DNA of 64,000 nt from Aeromicrobium erythreum (GTDB lineage: Bacteria; Actinomycetota; Actinomycetes; Propionibacteriales; Nocardioidaceae). Positions 8,871 through 17,843 of the stretch are shown one piece after another. Position 1 is the stretch's first letter. Every line of letters begins with the position of its first letter. A program made the translations under genes and the position numbers. The stretch covers positions 6,349 to 70,348 of the forward strand of contig JAQIJP010000018.1 in assembly GCA_036946185.1 (NCBI GenBank), given 5' to 3'. The notes under the pieces are model-generated. The model did no database searches. It saw only the letters and a program-made list of their open reading frames with translations, and was not told the DNA's origin.

Positions 8871-11800
8871 GGCCGGCCCCCTGGCCGATGCGGGCGGGGT
8901 CGAGTCGCAGGCCCTTGGGGTGGGCGACGAAGCCGGCCTCGCGCAGCGTCTCGCCGAACGGGGTGGTGCCCGCGCGCTCGCCCGCGACGGTCTCGACCGT
9001 GAGGCGACCGAGCCGCCCGGACCGCACGAGGGCGGCGAGCACCTCGGCGGCCGCCCGCAGCCGGACCGGGTCGTCGGTGAAGGGCAGGACCCGCCGACCG
9101 CCCCGCTCGAGGTAGACCGCCGCCGAGCCGTCGTGGAGGACCACGAGCGACCCGGCCTTGCGGGCGGGGCGGTGCCGCAGGTCGTCGGCGCCGCCGACGA
9201 CGTCGGGCCAGCCGAGCGCCGCGCCGTGGGGGTTGGCGGGATCGGTCGCGGCGAGGACGACGGCCTCGGCCTGCGGGTCGGGCTCGTCGCGCTGGAAGCC
9301 GCGCAGCCGGTCGATCGTCGGTGCGGCGGCGAACTGGGCCGCCCCGAGGCCGTCGACGAAGTAGCCCCGCAGGCAGGCGCCGGTCTGCTCCAGCTCGCGC
9401 AGGACGCGGTAGGCGCCCGCGAACCCGCCCGGCGTCTGCTCGGCGACGACCGAGCCGCGGGTGACGACGCCGTACCGGGCGAGCAGGGCGTCCGCCCTCG
9501 CCAGGGCGAGCGCCGTCGCGTCGGCGGTGTCGTCGAGCCGGAACCAGCGACCCGACGCGGTCGGCGGCGCGCTGGGCCGGGCGGCGAGCGCCCGACCGGT
9601 CCGCAGCCGGGCCCGCGGCGCCCGTCGGGTGGCGCGGTGGGCCCCGCGCCCGGAGACGAGCGCGCGCAGCGGCGCGAGCGTGTCGCCCGCGACCCGGCCG
9701 GCCCAGACGAGACGCCACAGGGCGTCGAGCACGGCGGAGTCGCCGACGGGTTCCTCGTCGGACGCCGCGCGGACCGCGGCGACGAGCTGGCCGAACAGGT
9801 ACGCCCCGCCGCCGTCGAGCGCCGCCAGGACCTGCTGCTCCAGCGCGTCGGGCTCGACCGGCTCGCGGTGGGCGGGCAGGACGAGGTCTGCCGGGTGCAG
9901 CTGGACCCAGCCGTCACCGCCCGGCAGGCTGCCGGCGCCCGTCCAGACGACCTCGCCGGCCGCGAGCAGCTCGTCGAGGTCGCCCGGTGCGTAGCCCGGC
10001 ACGCGGGCCGGCAGCACGAGGGTCTCCCACGCCGAGGCCGGCAGCGCCACCCCGGCGAGCTGGTCGATCGCCGCGAGCACGCCCTCCGGGCCGCGGGTCC
10101 GTGAGCCCACCCGCTGCCACGCGGGCAGGAAGCGGCCGAACGCGGCCGTGTCGACCGGCTCGACCTGCTGGCGCGCGGCGGCGAGGGACCGGCTGCGCAG
10201 CCGGCGCAGGACGCCCGGCTCGACCCACTCCGAGCCGGAGGCCGACGGCCGGAACTCGCCCTCGGTGAGCCGGCCGTCGCGCGAGAGCCGTCGCAGGACG
10301 TCGCCGACGACCGCGGCCCCGAGTCCGAACCGGGCCGCGGCCTCGGCCGTCGTGAACGGGCCGTGGGTGCGGGCGTGCCGGGCGAGCAGGTCGCCGAGCG
10401 GGTCCTTGACCGGGTCGAGGAACGCCTGGGCCACGCCGAGCGGGACCTGGACGCCGAGCGCGTCGCGCAGCCGGCCGGAGTCCTCGACGCCCGCCCAGCG
10501 GGTCTCGCCCGCGACCGGGACCTCGAGGGCCCGGCGCTGGTCGCGGAGCTCGGCCAGCAGGGCGGCCGCGTCGCCGTCCTTGAGGCGTTCGCCGACCTCG
10601 GCGGTCGTGAGCGGTCCGAGCAGCCGGAGCAGGTCGGCGACCCCCTCGACCCCGGAGACCTTGCGGTCGGCGAGGCGCTGCAGCTCCTGCTCGGTGCGCT
10701 CGATGACCTCGGGGTCGAGCAGCTCGCGCAGCTCCGCCCGCCCGAGCAGCTCCGAGAGCAGCGCCGGGTCGAGCGCGAGCGCCGCGGCGCGACGCTCGGC
10801 GAGCGGGGCGTCGCCCTCGTAGAGGAACGAGGCGACGTAGCCGAACAGCAACGTCTGGGCGAACGGCGACGCGCGCTCGGTGACGACCTCGGCGACCTCG
10901 ACGTCGCGGGTGCGGATGCGTCGCACGAGCTCGAGCAGCGCGGGCAGGTCGTAGACGTCCTTCAGGCACTCGCGGGCCGTCTCGAGCAGGATCGGGAAGT
11001 CGGCGTGCTCGCGGGCGACGTCGAGCAGCTGCGCGGCCCGCTGCCGCTGCTGCCACAGCGGGGCGCGGGCGCCGGGGTTGCGCCGCGGCAGCAGCAGGGC
11101 CCGCGCGGCACACTCGCGGAAGCGGGATGCGAACAGCGCCGACCCGCCGACCTCGACCGTGACGAGGGCCTCGAGCTCGTCGGGGTCGACGACGAACAGG
11201 TCGGCGAACCCGCTCGTGTCGCGCGAGCCGGGGGACTCCGGGTCGTCGCCGAGGTCGGGGATGCGCGCCACGATGCCGTCGTCGTTGCCGACGACCGAGC
11301 CGTCGACGCCGAACCGCTCCCGGATGGTGGCGGCGACGGCGAGCGCCCAGGGTGCGTTGACCCGCCGGCCCCACGGCGAGTGCAGCACGAGCCGCCAGTC
11401 GCCGAGCTCGTCGCGGAACCGCTCGAGCACGAGCGTGCGGTCGGTGGGGACCACGCCCGTCGCCTCGCGCTGCTCCTGCACGAAGGCGACGACGTTGCTG
11501 CGGGCCCGCTCGTCGAGGGAGTCCGGGACGTCGCCGCTCGCGACCCGGCCGACGAAGGCCCCGATGGCCCGCCCCAGCTCGGCGGGGCGGCCGGCGGCGT
11601 CGCCGCGCCAGAACGGCAGCCGTGCCGGCAGGCCGTGGGCGGGCGTGACGACGACGCGGTCGTGGGTGATCTCGTGGATCCGCCAGCTCGTGGCGCCGAG
11701 GGTGAACACGTCGTTGACGCGCGACTCGTAGACCATCTCCTCGTCGAGCTCACCGACCCGCTTGGGCGCCCGGTTGCGGCCGCCGGTGCCGGACTCCTCG

Positions 11801-13494
11801 TCGGCGCCGTCGGCGAGGGTGACCGCGAACATGCCGCGGTCGGGGATCGTGCCGCCGCTCGTGACGGCCAGGCGTTGCGCCCCCGGCCGGCCGGTCAGGG
11901 TGCCCGCGTGCCGGTCCCAGACGAGCCGGGGCCGCAGCTCCGCGAACGCGTCGGACGGGTAGCGACCGGCGAGGAGGTCGAGCGTGGCCTCGAACGCCGA
12001 GCGGGGGAGCGTGGCGTAGGGCGCGCACCGCCGGACGGTGTCGAACCACTCCTCGACGTCGAGCGGCTCCAGCGCGCAGGCGGCGACGGTCTGCTGGGCC
12101 AGCACGTCGAGCGGGTTGGCCGGGACCACGATGGGCTCGATGCCCCCGCTGCGCATGAGGTCGGCGACGACGGCCGAGCCGACGAGGTCGTGCCGGGTCG
12201 TGGGGTAGAGGACGGCGTGCGAGGTCTCGCCGACCTGGTGGCCGGCGCGGCCGACGCGCTGCAGCCCGCTGGCCACCGACGGCGGCGACGACACCTGGAG
12301 CACGAGGTCGACGGCGCCCATGTCGATGCCGAGCTCGAGGCTGGACGTCGCGACGACGCAGCGCAGCCGGCCCGACTTGAGGTCGTCCTCGACGAGCGCT
12401 CGTTGCTCCTTGCTGACGGAGCCGTGGTGGGTGCGGGCGAGGACCGGCGCGTCGTCGGCCTGCGCCGCGCTCGTGCCGCTGAGGCCGCCCATCGACGACG
12501 GCGGCAGCGTGGTGCTGTCGGCGACCTCGACGCCCAGCCGACGGGCGTAGCGCTCGTTGAGGTGGGCGGTGAGGCGCTCGGCCTGGCCGCGCGAGTTGCA
12601 GAACACGATGGACGACCGCACCGCGAGCACGCGGTCAAGCAGGTCGTCCTCGAGGAAGGGCCAGATGCTGCCGCCCGCCTCGTCCGGGTCGGGCTCGAGC
12701 GACCGGGCCCCGGACCCCTCGCCCGGGCCCTCCGGCCGCTGCTCGGCGGGCGGCGCGCCCAGCTGGGTCATGTCGTCGACGGGCACCCGGACCTGCAGGT
12801 CGAGCAGCGCCGTGGACTCCGGCGCCACGACCGTCACCGGGCGGGAGCCGCCGAGGAAGCGCGCGACCTCGTCGTGCGGGCGGACCGTCGCGCTCAGCCC
12901 GATCCGCCGGGCACCGCGGCCCTCCCGCAGGGCGTCGAGCCGCTCGAGCGACAGGGCCAGGTGGGCGCCGCGCTTGGTGCCGGCGACGGCGTGGATCTCG
13001 TCGACGATGACGGTGTCGACGTCGCGCAGCGTCTCGCGCGCCGCCGACGTGAGCATGAGGAACAGGGACTCGGGCGTCGTGATGAGGATGTCCGGCGGCC
13101 GTTGCTGCAGCAGTCGGCGCTCGCGCTGCGGGGTGTCGCCGGAGCGCACGCCGACCGTGACGTCGCGGAAGGACTCGCCGCGCCGCGACGCCGTCTGCGT
13201 GATGCCGACGAGCGGCGCCCGCAGGTTGCGCTCGACGTCGACCGCGAGCGCCTTGAGCGGCGACACGTAGAGGACGCGGGTGCCGCGGGGCGCGGTGTCG
13301 TCGGCGGGCTCGTGCAGCAGCCGGTCGAGCGAGGCGAGGAAGGCCGCGAGGGTCTTGCCCGAGCCCGTCGGGGCCACCACGAGCACGTGCTCGCCCTGGT
13401 CGAGCGCCGTCCAGGCCCCCACCTGGGCCGGCGTGGGGCCGGCGAAGGTGCGCTCGAACCACTCACGCGTCGCGGGGGCGAAGGAGTCGAGCAC
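8863..13494 (-). CDS. lhr: Full-length Lhr ATP-dependent helicase
   Basis: APTGSGKT, DEIH, LSAT, HHGSVS, QRVGRAGH; about 1540 aa with C-terminal domain; overlaps nei2. Confidence 0.93.
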   Translation of the reverse strand: MLDSFAPATREWFERTFAGPTPAQVGAWTALDQGEHVLVVAPTGSGKTLAAFLASLDRLLHEPADDTAPRGTRVLYVSPLKALAVDVERNLRAPLVGITQTASRRGESFRDVTVGVRSGDTPQRERRLLQQRPPDILITTPESLFLMLTSAARETLRDVDTVIVDEIHAVAGTKRGAHLALSLERLDALREGRGARRIGLSATVRPHDEVARFLGGSRPVTVVAPESTALLDLQVRVPVDDMTQLGAPPAEQRPEGPGEGSGARSLEPDPDEAGGSIWPFLEDDLLDRVLAVRSSIVFCNSRGQAERLTAHLNERYARRLGVEVADSTTLPPSSMGGLSGTSAAQADDAPVLARTHHGSVSKEQRALVEDDLKSGRLRCVVATSSLELGIDMGAVDLVLQVSSPPSVASGLQRVGRAGHQVGETSHAVLYPTTRHDLVGSAVVADLMRSGGIEPIVVPANPLDVLAQQTVAACALEPLDVEEWFDTVRRCAPYATLPRSAFEATLDLLAGRYPSDAFAELRPRLVWDRHAGTLTGRPGAQRLAVTSGGTIPDRGMFAVTLADGADEESGTGGRNRAPKRVGELDEEMVYESRVNDVFTLGATSWRIHEITHDRVVVTPAHGLPARLPFWRGDAAGRPAELGRAIGAFVGRVASGDVPDSLDERARSNVVAFVQEQREATGVVPTDRTLVLERFRDELGDWRLVLHSPWGRRVNAPWALAVAATIRERFGVDGSVVGNDDGIVARIPDLGDDPESPGSRDTSGFADLFVVDPDELEALVTVEVGGSALFASRFRECAARALLLPRRNPGARAPLWQQRQRAAQLLDVAREHADFPILLETARECLKDVYDLPALLELVRRIRTRDVEVAEVVTERASPFAQTLLFGYVASFLYEGDAPLAERRAAALALDPALLSELLGRAELRELLDPEVIERTEQELQRLADRKVSGVEGVADLLRLLGPLTTAEVGERLKDGDAAALLAELRDQRRALEVPVAGETRWAGVEDSGRLRDALGVQVPLGVAQAFLDPVKDPLGDLLARHARTHGPFTTAEAAARFGLGAAVVGDVLRRLSRDGRLTEGEFRPSASGSEWVEPGVLRRLRSRSLAAARQQVEPVDTAAFGRFLPAWQRVGSRTRGPEGVLAAIDQLAGVALPASAWETLVLPARVPGYAPGDLDELLAAGEVVWTGAGSLPGGDGWVQLHPADLVLPAHREPVEPDALEQQVLAALDGGGAYLFGQLVAAVRAASDEEPVGDSAVLDALWRLVWAGRVAGDTLAPLRALVSGRGAHRATRRAPRARLRTGRALAARPSAPPTASGRWFRLDDTADATALALARADALLARYGVVTRGSVVAEQTPGGFAGAYRVLRELEQTGACLRGYFVDGLGAAQFAAAPTIDRLRGFQRDEPDPQAEAVVLAATDPANPHGAALGWPDVVGGADDLRHRPARKAGSLVVLHDGSAAVYLERGGRRVLPFTDDPVRLRAAAEVLAALVRSGRLGRLTVETVAGERAGTTPFGETLREAGFVAHPKGLRLDPARIGQGAGRA

Positions 13495-13570
13495 CCGACC
13501 ATCCTGACAGCGGGTCCCGACACCCGCCCTTCTGCCGCGATCGGGGTCGTGCGTGCGGCATGCTGACCGC

Positions 13571-14590
13571 ATGAAGGTGCGACTCCTCGTCCCCGCCCTC
13601 ACGCTCGCGCTCGTGGCGGCGGGCTGCTCGTCCTCCGACGACAAGCCCGACCCGAAGGCCTCGAGGGCCGCGGCGCAGAAGATCGTCGAGGTCTCCCCGC
13701 TGACCGGGCGACCGATGCCGAACGGGCGACCCGACAACCCGGTGTTCATCGTCAAGATCGAGAACACCGAGGGCGGCGCCCCGCAGTACGGGCTCGACCA
13801 GGCGGACCTCGTCGTCGAGGAGCTCGTCGAGGGCGGCCTGACCCGGCTCGCGGCGTTCTTCTACTCCACGCTGCCGTCGAAGGTCGGGCACGTGCGGTCC
13901 ATGCGGGCCACCGACATCGGCATCGCCGCGCCCGTCGACGGCCAGATCGTCGCGTCGGGCGGTGCCTCCGGCACGATCCGCAAGGTCAAGAAGGCCGGCA
14001 TCCGGGTCTGGTCCGAGGACGAGGGCGCCCCCGGCTTCAGCAGCGACCCCCTCAAGGTGCGCCCCTACAACCGGCTCATCGACCTCAAGCGCCTCGACCG
14101 CTCGGCCAAGGTCACGACGATCCCGGGGCCGTACCTGCCGTGGGTGAGCCCTGACGCGAAGAAGTCCGCCGCGCCGTCGGCCTCCGCGTCCGCCTCGACG
14201 CCCGCGCCGCGCAAGGTCTCGCGCGCGACGGTGCGCTTCTCGCCCTCGACCCAGACGTCCTGGAAGCTCTCGGGCGGCGCGTGGCGACGCACCAACGGCC
14301 ACGCGGCCAAGGAGTACCCCGCCGACACCCTCGTCGTGATGTTCTGCGACGTCGGTGACGCCGGCTACACCGACCCCGCCGGCAACCCCGTGCCCGAGAC
14401 GAAGGTCGTCGGCTCCGGCCGCGCCGTCGTCATGCACGGCGGCGAGGCCGTCGAGGCGACCTGGCGCAAGGCCAGCAAGAAGGCCGAGATCGTCTTCACC
14501 GACAAGGCCGGCAAGCCGCTCGAGCTCGACCCGGGACGCGTCTGGATCGAGCTCGTGCCCAAGGGGCAGGGCTCCCTCGACGCCAAGTAG
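13571..14590 (+). CDS. DUF3048 family lipoprotein
   Basis: Lipobox VAAGC; SPLTG, VKIENT, GLDQADLVVEELVEGGLTR. Confidence 0.85.
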   Translation: MKVRLLVPALTLALVAAGCSSSDDKPDPKASRAAAQKIVEVSPLTGRPMPNGRPDNPVFIVKIENTEGGAPQYGLDQADLVVEELVEGGLTRLAAFFYSTLPSKVGHVRSMRATDIGIAAPVDGQIVASGGASGTIRKVKKAGIRVWSEDEGAPGFSSDPLKVRPYNRLIDLKRLDRSAKVTTIPGPYLPWVSPDAKKSAAPSASASASTPAPRKVSRATVRFSPSTQTSWKLSGGAWRRTNGHAAKEYPADTLVVMFCDVGDAGYTDPAGNPVPETKVVGSGRAVVMHGGEAVEATWRKASKKAEIVFTDKAGKPLELDPGRVWIELVPKGQGSLDAK

Positions 14591-14602
14591 TCCGCCCGCG
14601 TC

Positions 14603-14763
14603 GGTCCGCGGTTTACCCGCTCAAGCGGGTAAACCGGACCCGATCGAGGGAAGCCTCCCTTGAGTCGTGCCGTTTGCCTCGACAGGTCCGCGGTTTACCC
14701 GCTGGAGCGGGTAAACCGGACCCGATCGAGGGAAACTTGCCCTGAGTCGCGAGGTTTGCCTCG
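14603..14763. repeat. Tandem pair of 82-bp units, each with a strong hairpin
   Basis: GGTCCGCGGTTTACCCGCTnnAGCGGGTAAACCGGACCCGATCGAGGGAA begins at 14603 and again at 14685. Confidence 0.9.
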
Positions 14764-14777
14764 CCCGGTGCGCGGCG

Positions 14778-15437
14778 TCAGGAGGCGGGGGCGGCGAGCT
14801 GCTCGAGCGAGCGCAGGCCCGCGAGGATGGCGCCGATGACCTGCTCGATCTGCGACGCCGCGAGGTCCGGGTCCTCGGCGTCCGAGACGTACTCCGACGC
14901 CGAACGGATGGCGCCGTAGAAGATGACGGCGAACGTCTCGCCGAGGCCCTCGCCGCCGCCGAGGTCGGCGAGCAGGTCGTCGACGATGCGCTCGACGAGG
15001 CTCAGGGACGCGCTGCGCTCGGCCTCGGCGAACCGTTCGTGCCCGAGCGCGGCCGGCGCCTCCTGCAGGCAGATCCGGCGGAACCGGGGCTCCTGGCAGA
15101 CCTCGAGGAACGCGCGCAGGCCGGTCTGGGCCCGCTCCCACGGGTCGTCGACGGCGTCGATGCGCTGCTCGATCGTCCGGGCCGCGCCCGTCTGCAGCCG
15201 CTCGAAGACGCTCTCGAACAGCGCGAGCTTGCTGGGGAAGTGGTGGTACAGCGCGCCCTTCGTGACGCGAGCCGCCGCGACGACCTCGTCGAGCGAGGTT
15301 CCCGCGTAGCCGTGCGCCGCGAAGAGCTCCGTCGCGTTGTCGAGCAGCGCGCGCTTGGTGCCGGAGTGGCCCGAGCGACGCGGCGTCTTGCGGGCAGCGC
15401 GGAGCACCGAGGCGGGGCGGACCTTCGGGTGCGTCAT
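14778..15437 (-). CDS. TetR/AcrR family regulator (start uncertain)
   Basis: ELFAAHGYAGTSLDEVVAAARVTKGALYHHFPSK. Confidence 0.92.
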   Translation of the reverse strand: MTHPKVRPASVLRAARKTPRRSGHSGTKRALLDNATELFAAHGYAGTSLDEVVAAARVTKGALYHHFPSKLALFESVFERLQTGAARTIEQRIDAVDDPWERAQTGLRAFLEVCQEPRFRRICLQEAPAALGHERFAEAERSASLSLVERIVDDLLADLGGGEGLGETFAVIFYGAIRSASEYVSDAEDPDLAASQIEQVIGAILAGLRSLEQLAAPAS

Positions 15438-15500
15438 GCCGTTCATCCTACGGGTGTCCATCGTCACAGCCGCTCACGTGGTGCGGCCCCGGACCGTCGG

Positions 15501-15530
15501 ACATACTGAGAGTACGTACCGTGAGTATGT
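15501..15530. promoter_or_regulatory. Two overlapping TetR-type operators
   Basis: ACATAC-N5-GTACGT (15501-15517) and ACGTAC-N5-GTATGT (15514-15530), between divergent genes. Confidence 0.65.
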
Positions 15531-15578
15531 TCCGCTCCCGCCGGGAGCCGGGACCACGGTCCTGGAAGGAGCGCCACC

Positions 15579-16073
15579 ATGACCTGGGACGCCTACCACC
15601 GCCGCGCCGCCGCCGTGCGCGAGATCGCGAACGCCGCCGACCGGCAGCGCGCGACCGCCGACCCCGACCACCTCCTCGAGACCGTCCCGCAGGCCGCCGA
15701 GGCCTTCTCGTCCGTCGACGAGCTGCTGCGCGAGGTCCAGATGCGCTGGCTCCGCACGCTCGGCGGCCAGCTCGACCGCCTCGGGGCCGAGGGCCCCGTG
15801 GGCGACGCCGAGTCCGTCGTGGTCCGCGCCTGGACCGAGACGGCCCGCATCCACCCCGGCCTGCGCGTCGTGCTCGACCGCGCCGAGGGCCACCCGGCCC
15901 TCGCGACCGCCCGGGCCACCGAGACCCGCCTGCTCGCCGCGGCCGCCGGCCTGCCCGCCTCCGAGGGCGAGCGCCTGCGTGCCGCCGGCCAGGACGCCAC
16001 CGTCCTGCCCGAGCCGGACGACGACGAGCCGCGCGGCCTGATCGCGCGCCTGCGCGAGGCCCTCGCGGCCTGA
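15579..16073 (+). CDS. Hypothetical protein
   Basis: RBS GAAGGAG, GC3 bias. Confidence 0.75.
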   Translation: MTWDAYHRRAAAVREIANAADRQRATADPDHLLETVPQAAEAFSSVDELLREVQMRWLRTLGGQLDRLGAEGPVGDAESVVVRAWTETARIHPGLRVVLDRAEGHPALATARATETRLLAAAAGLPASEGERLRAAGQDATVLPEPDDDEPRGLIARLREALAA

Positions 16074-16148
16074 CCCACGAACCACCCCGTCCGCCCCGCC
16101 TCTCCCTCCCTCCCTGGCGGGCCGGGCGGGGTCGTGCGTCCTGCGGTC

Positions 16149-16913
16149 TCAGGCGTCCCCGCGACGCTCGGCGATCTCGGTGATCTGCTCGCCGACCTCC
16201 TGGTCGATGGCCTCGACGAGCTGCGCGCGGAAGATGCCGAGCGTGACCTGCTGGGCGACCGGCAGCAGCCGCTCGATCGCGTCGATCATCGGGTCCCACT
16301 GGTCCTCGGGCAGGCCGGCCGCGACGAACGGCTCGACGAGCTCGTCGGCGACGCGCCGCACGAACAGGTCGGCGACGGCCCGCAGGTGTCCCTGGATCTC
16401 GGGGAACAGGCCGATGATCGTCGCGGGCTCGAGGCCGAGCGAGACGGCCGACGCCCCGGCGCGCACGATCGACGGCTGCAGCAGCCGCACGTGGTCGTGG
16501 TCGTCGTCGATCCACTCGGCGAGCCCGAACGCGGTCAGGCCGTCGATGAGCGAGTCGTCGCGGTCGACCCCGGCGAGCGCCGCGAGGGCGTCGCGGGTCA
16601 TGACCTCGGGGTCGACCTGCCGGCGCGGCTCGTCGAGCAGCTGCAGCAGGTCGAGGGCGTGCGCGGGGGCGCTGCGCGGGCTCGCCGCGATCGCGTCCTC
16701 GACCGCCGACAGCGTGTAGCCGCGGTCGAGGAACTCGCGGACCAGGACCAGGCGCTGCAGGTGCGACTGGTCGTAGTAGCCGGTGCGGCCCTCCAGCCGC
16801 GGCGGGTCGATCAGGCCGCGGCCGGCATAGGCGCGGACGTTGCGCACGGTCATCCCGGCGCGGGCGGCGAGCTCGTCGATCGTGAACTCCTCGACCGCGT
16901 CCGCCTCCGCCAT
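16149..16913 (-). CDS. MerR family regulator
   Basis: FTIDELAARAGMTVRNVRAYAGRGLIDPP. Confidence 0.88.
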   Translation of the reverse strand: MAEADAVEEFTIDELAARAGMTVRNVRAYAGRGLIDPPRLEGRTGYYDQSHLQRLVLVREFLDRGYTLSAVEDAIAASPRSAPAHALDLLQLLDEPRRQVDPEVMTRDALAALAGVDRDDSLIDGLTAFGLAEWIDDDHDHVRLLQPSIVRAGASAVSLGLEPATIIGLFPEIQGHLRAVADLFVRRVADELVEPFVAAGLPEDQWDPMIDAIERLLPVAQQVTLGIFRAQLVEAIDQEVGEQITEIAERRGDA

Positions 16914-16992
16914 GGGACGCATCATAGGCGCCGTCGCGGTCGACCCGCCGCGTCTCGCGGCGCCCTGCCCCCGGTGCGGGCATCATGGGCCC

Positions 16993-17541
16993 ATGGACAC
17001 GTTGCGAGGGCGTCTGCTCGTCGCGACCCCGGCGATCGAGTCGGGGCCGTTCTGGCGGTCCGTGGTCTACCTGCTGGACCACGACGAGGACGGGGCGCTC
17101 GGCGTCATCGTCAACCGGCCCCTGCCGTCCGACGTCGAGGACGTCCTGCCGCAGTGGAGCCGCTTCGTGAACGCCCCCGACTGCCTGTTCGACGGCGGAC
17201 CGGTCGCGATGGACTCGGCGCTCGCCGTCGGGGTGTCGCTCGAGGGCAGCGAGCCGGAGGGCTGGCGACCCATGACCGGCCGCGTGGGCCTGGTCGACCT
17301 GGACGGTCCGCCGCCGGCGGCCGGCGTGCTGCGCGGCCTGCGGGTGTTCGCGGGCTACGCGGGCTGGTCCGGGGGACAGCTCGAGGGCGAGCTGGAGGAG
17401 GGCTCGTGGGTCGTCGTCGACGCCCGCGACGAGGACCTCGTGTCGCCCCGCCCGGAGGACCTGTGGCGCGACGTCCTGCGCCGCCAGGACGACGACACCC
17501 GCTTCTGGACGACGTTCCCGGCCGACCCGCACGTCAACTGA
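16993..17541 (+). CDS. YqgE/AlgH family protein
   Basis: GRLLVATP, GALGVIVNRP, GGPV, FAGYAGWSGGQLEGEL. Confidence 0.92.
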   Translation: MDTLRGRLLVATPAIESGPFWRSVVYLLDHDEDGALGVIVNRPLPSDVEDVLPQWSRFVNAPDCLFDGGPVAMDSALAVGVSLEGSEPEGWRPMTGRVGLVDLDGPPPAAGVLRGLRVFAGYAGWSGGQLEGELEEGSWVVVDARDEDLVSPRPEDLWRDVLRRQDDDTRFWTTFPADPHVN

Positions 17542-17573
17542 CCGGCGTCCGTCGCGGCGTCTACGATGGGCCC

Positions 17574-17843
17574 GTGGGATTCTTCGGACGCGGCACGCAG
17601 ACCGTCACGGACGAGCGCACCGACCTGCGCCCCGAGGCGGGTGATCACGAGCGGTTCAGCCACTACGTCCCGCGCGAGACCCTGACCGAGGCGATGGTCA
17701 TGGGCACGCCGGTCGTGGCCCTGTGCGGCAAGGTCTGGGTGCCGAGCCGCGACCCCCAGCGCTTCCCGGTGTGCCCGGAGTGCAAGGAGATCTGGGAGGG
17801 CATGGAGTCCGGCGACGAGGGGGACGACTCCTCCGATGCCTAG
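17574..17843 (+). CDS. DUF3039 family protein
   Basis: GDHERFSHYV, ALCGKVWVPSRDP, PVCPECKEI. Confidence 0.88.
   Translation: MGFFGRGTQTVTDERTDLRPEAGDHERFSHYVPRETLTEAMVMGTPVVALCGKVWVPSRDPQRFPVCPECKEIWEGMESGDEGDDSSDA

Noticed and set aside
8088-13494. lhr-nei2 as a novel system
   Set aside because: This is a known actinobacterial DNA-repair operon.
10363-13566. Very long alternative-frame or antisense ORFs (1067 aa here; also 17698-20574 and 21922-24528)
   Set aside because: These are shadow ORFs of real genes, caused by high GC3 and scarce stop codons; they have no motifs.
14603-14763. Possible CRISPR array
   Set aside because: Only two units, the would-be spacers resemble each other, and there are no cas genes in the window.
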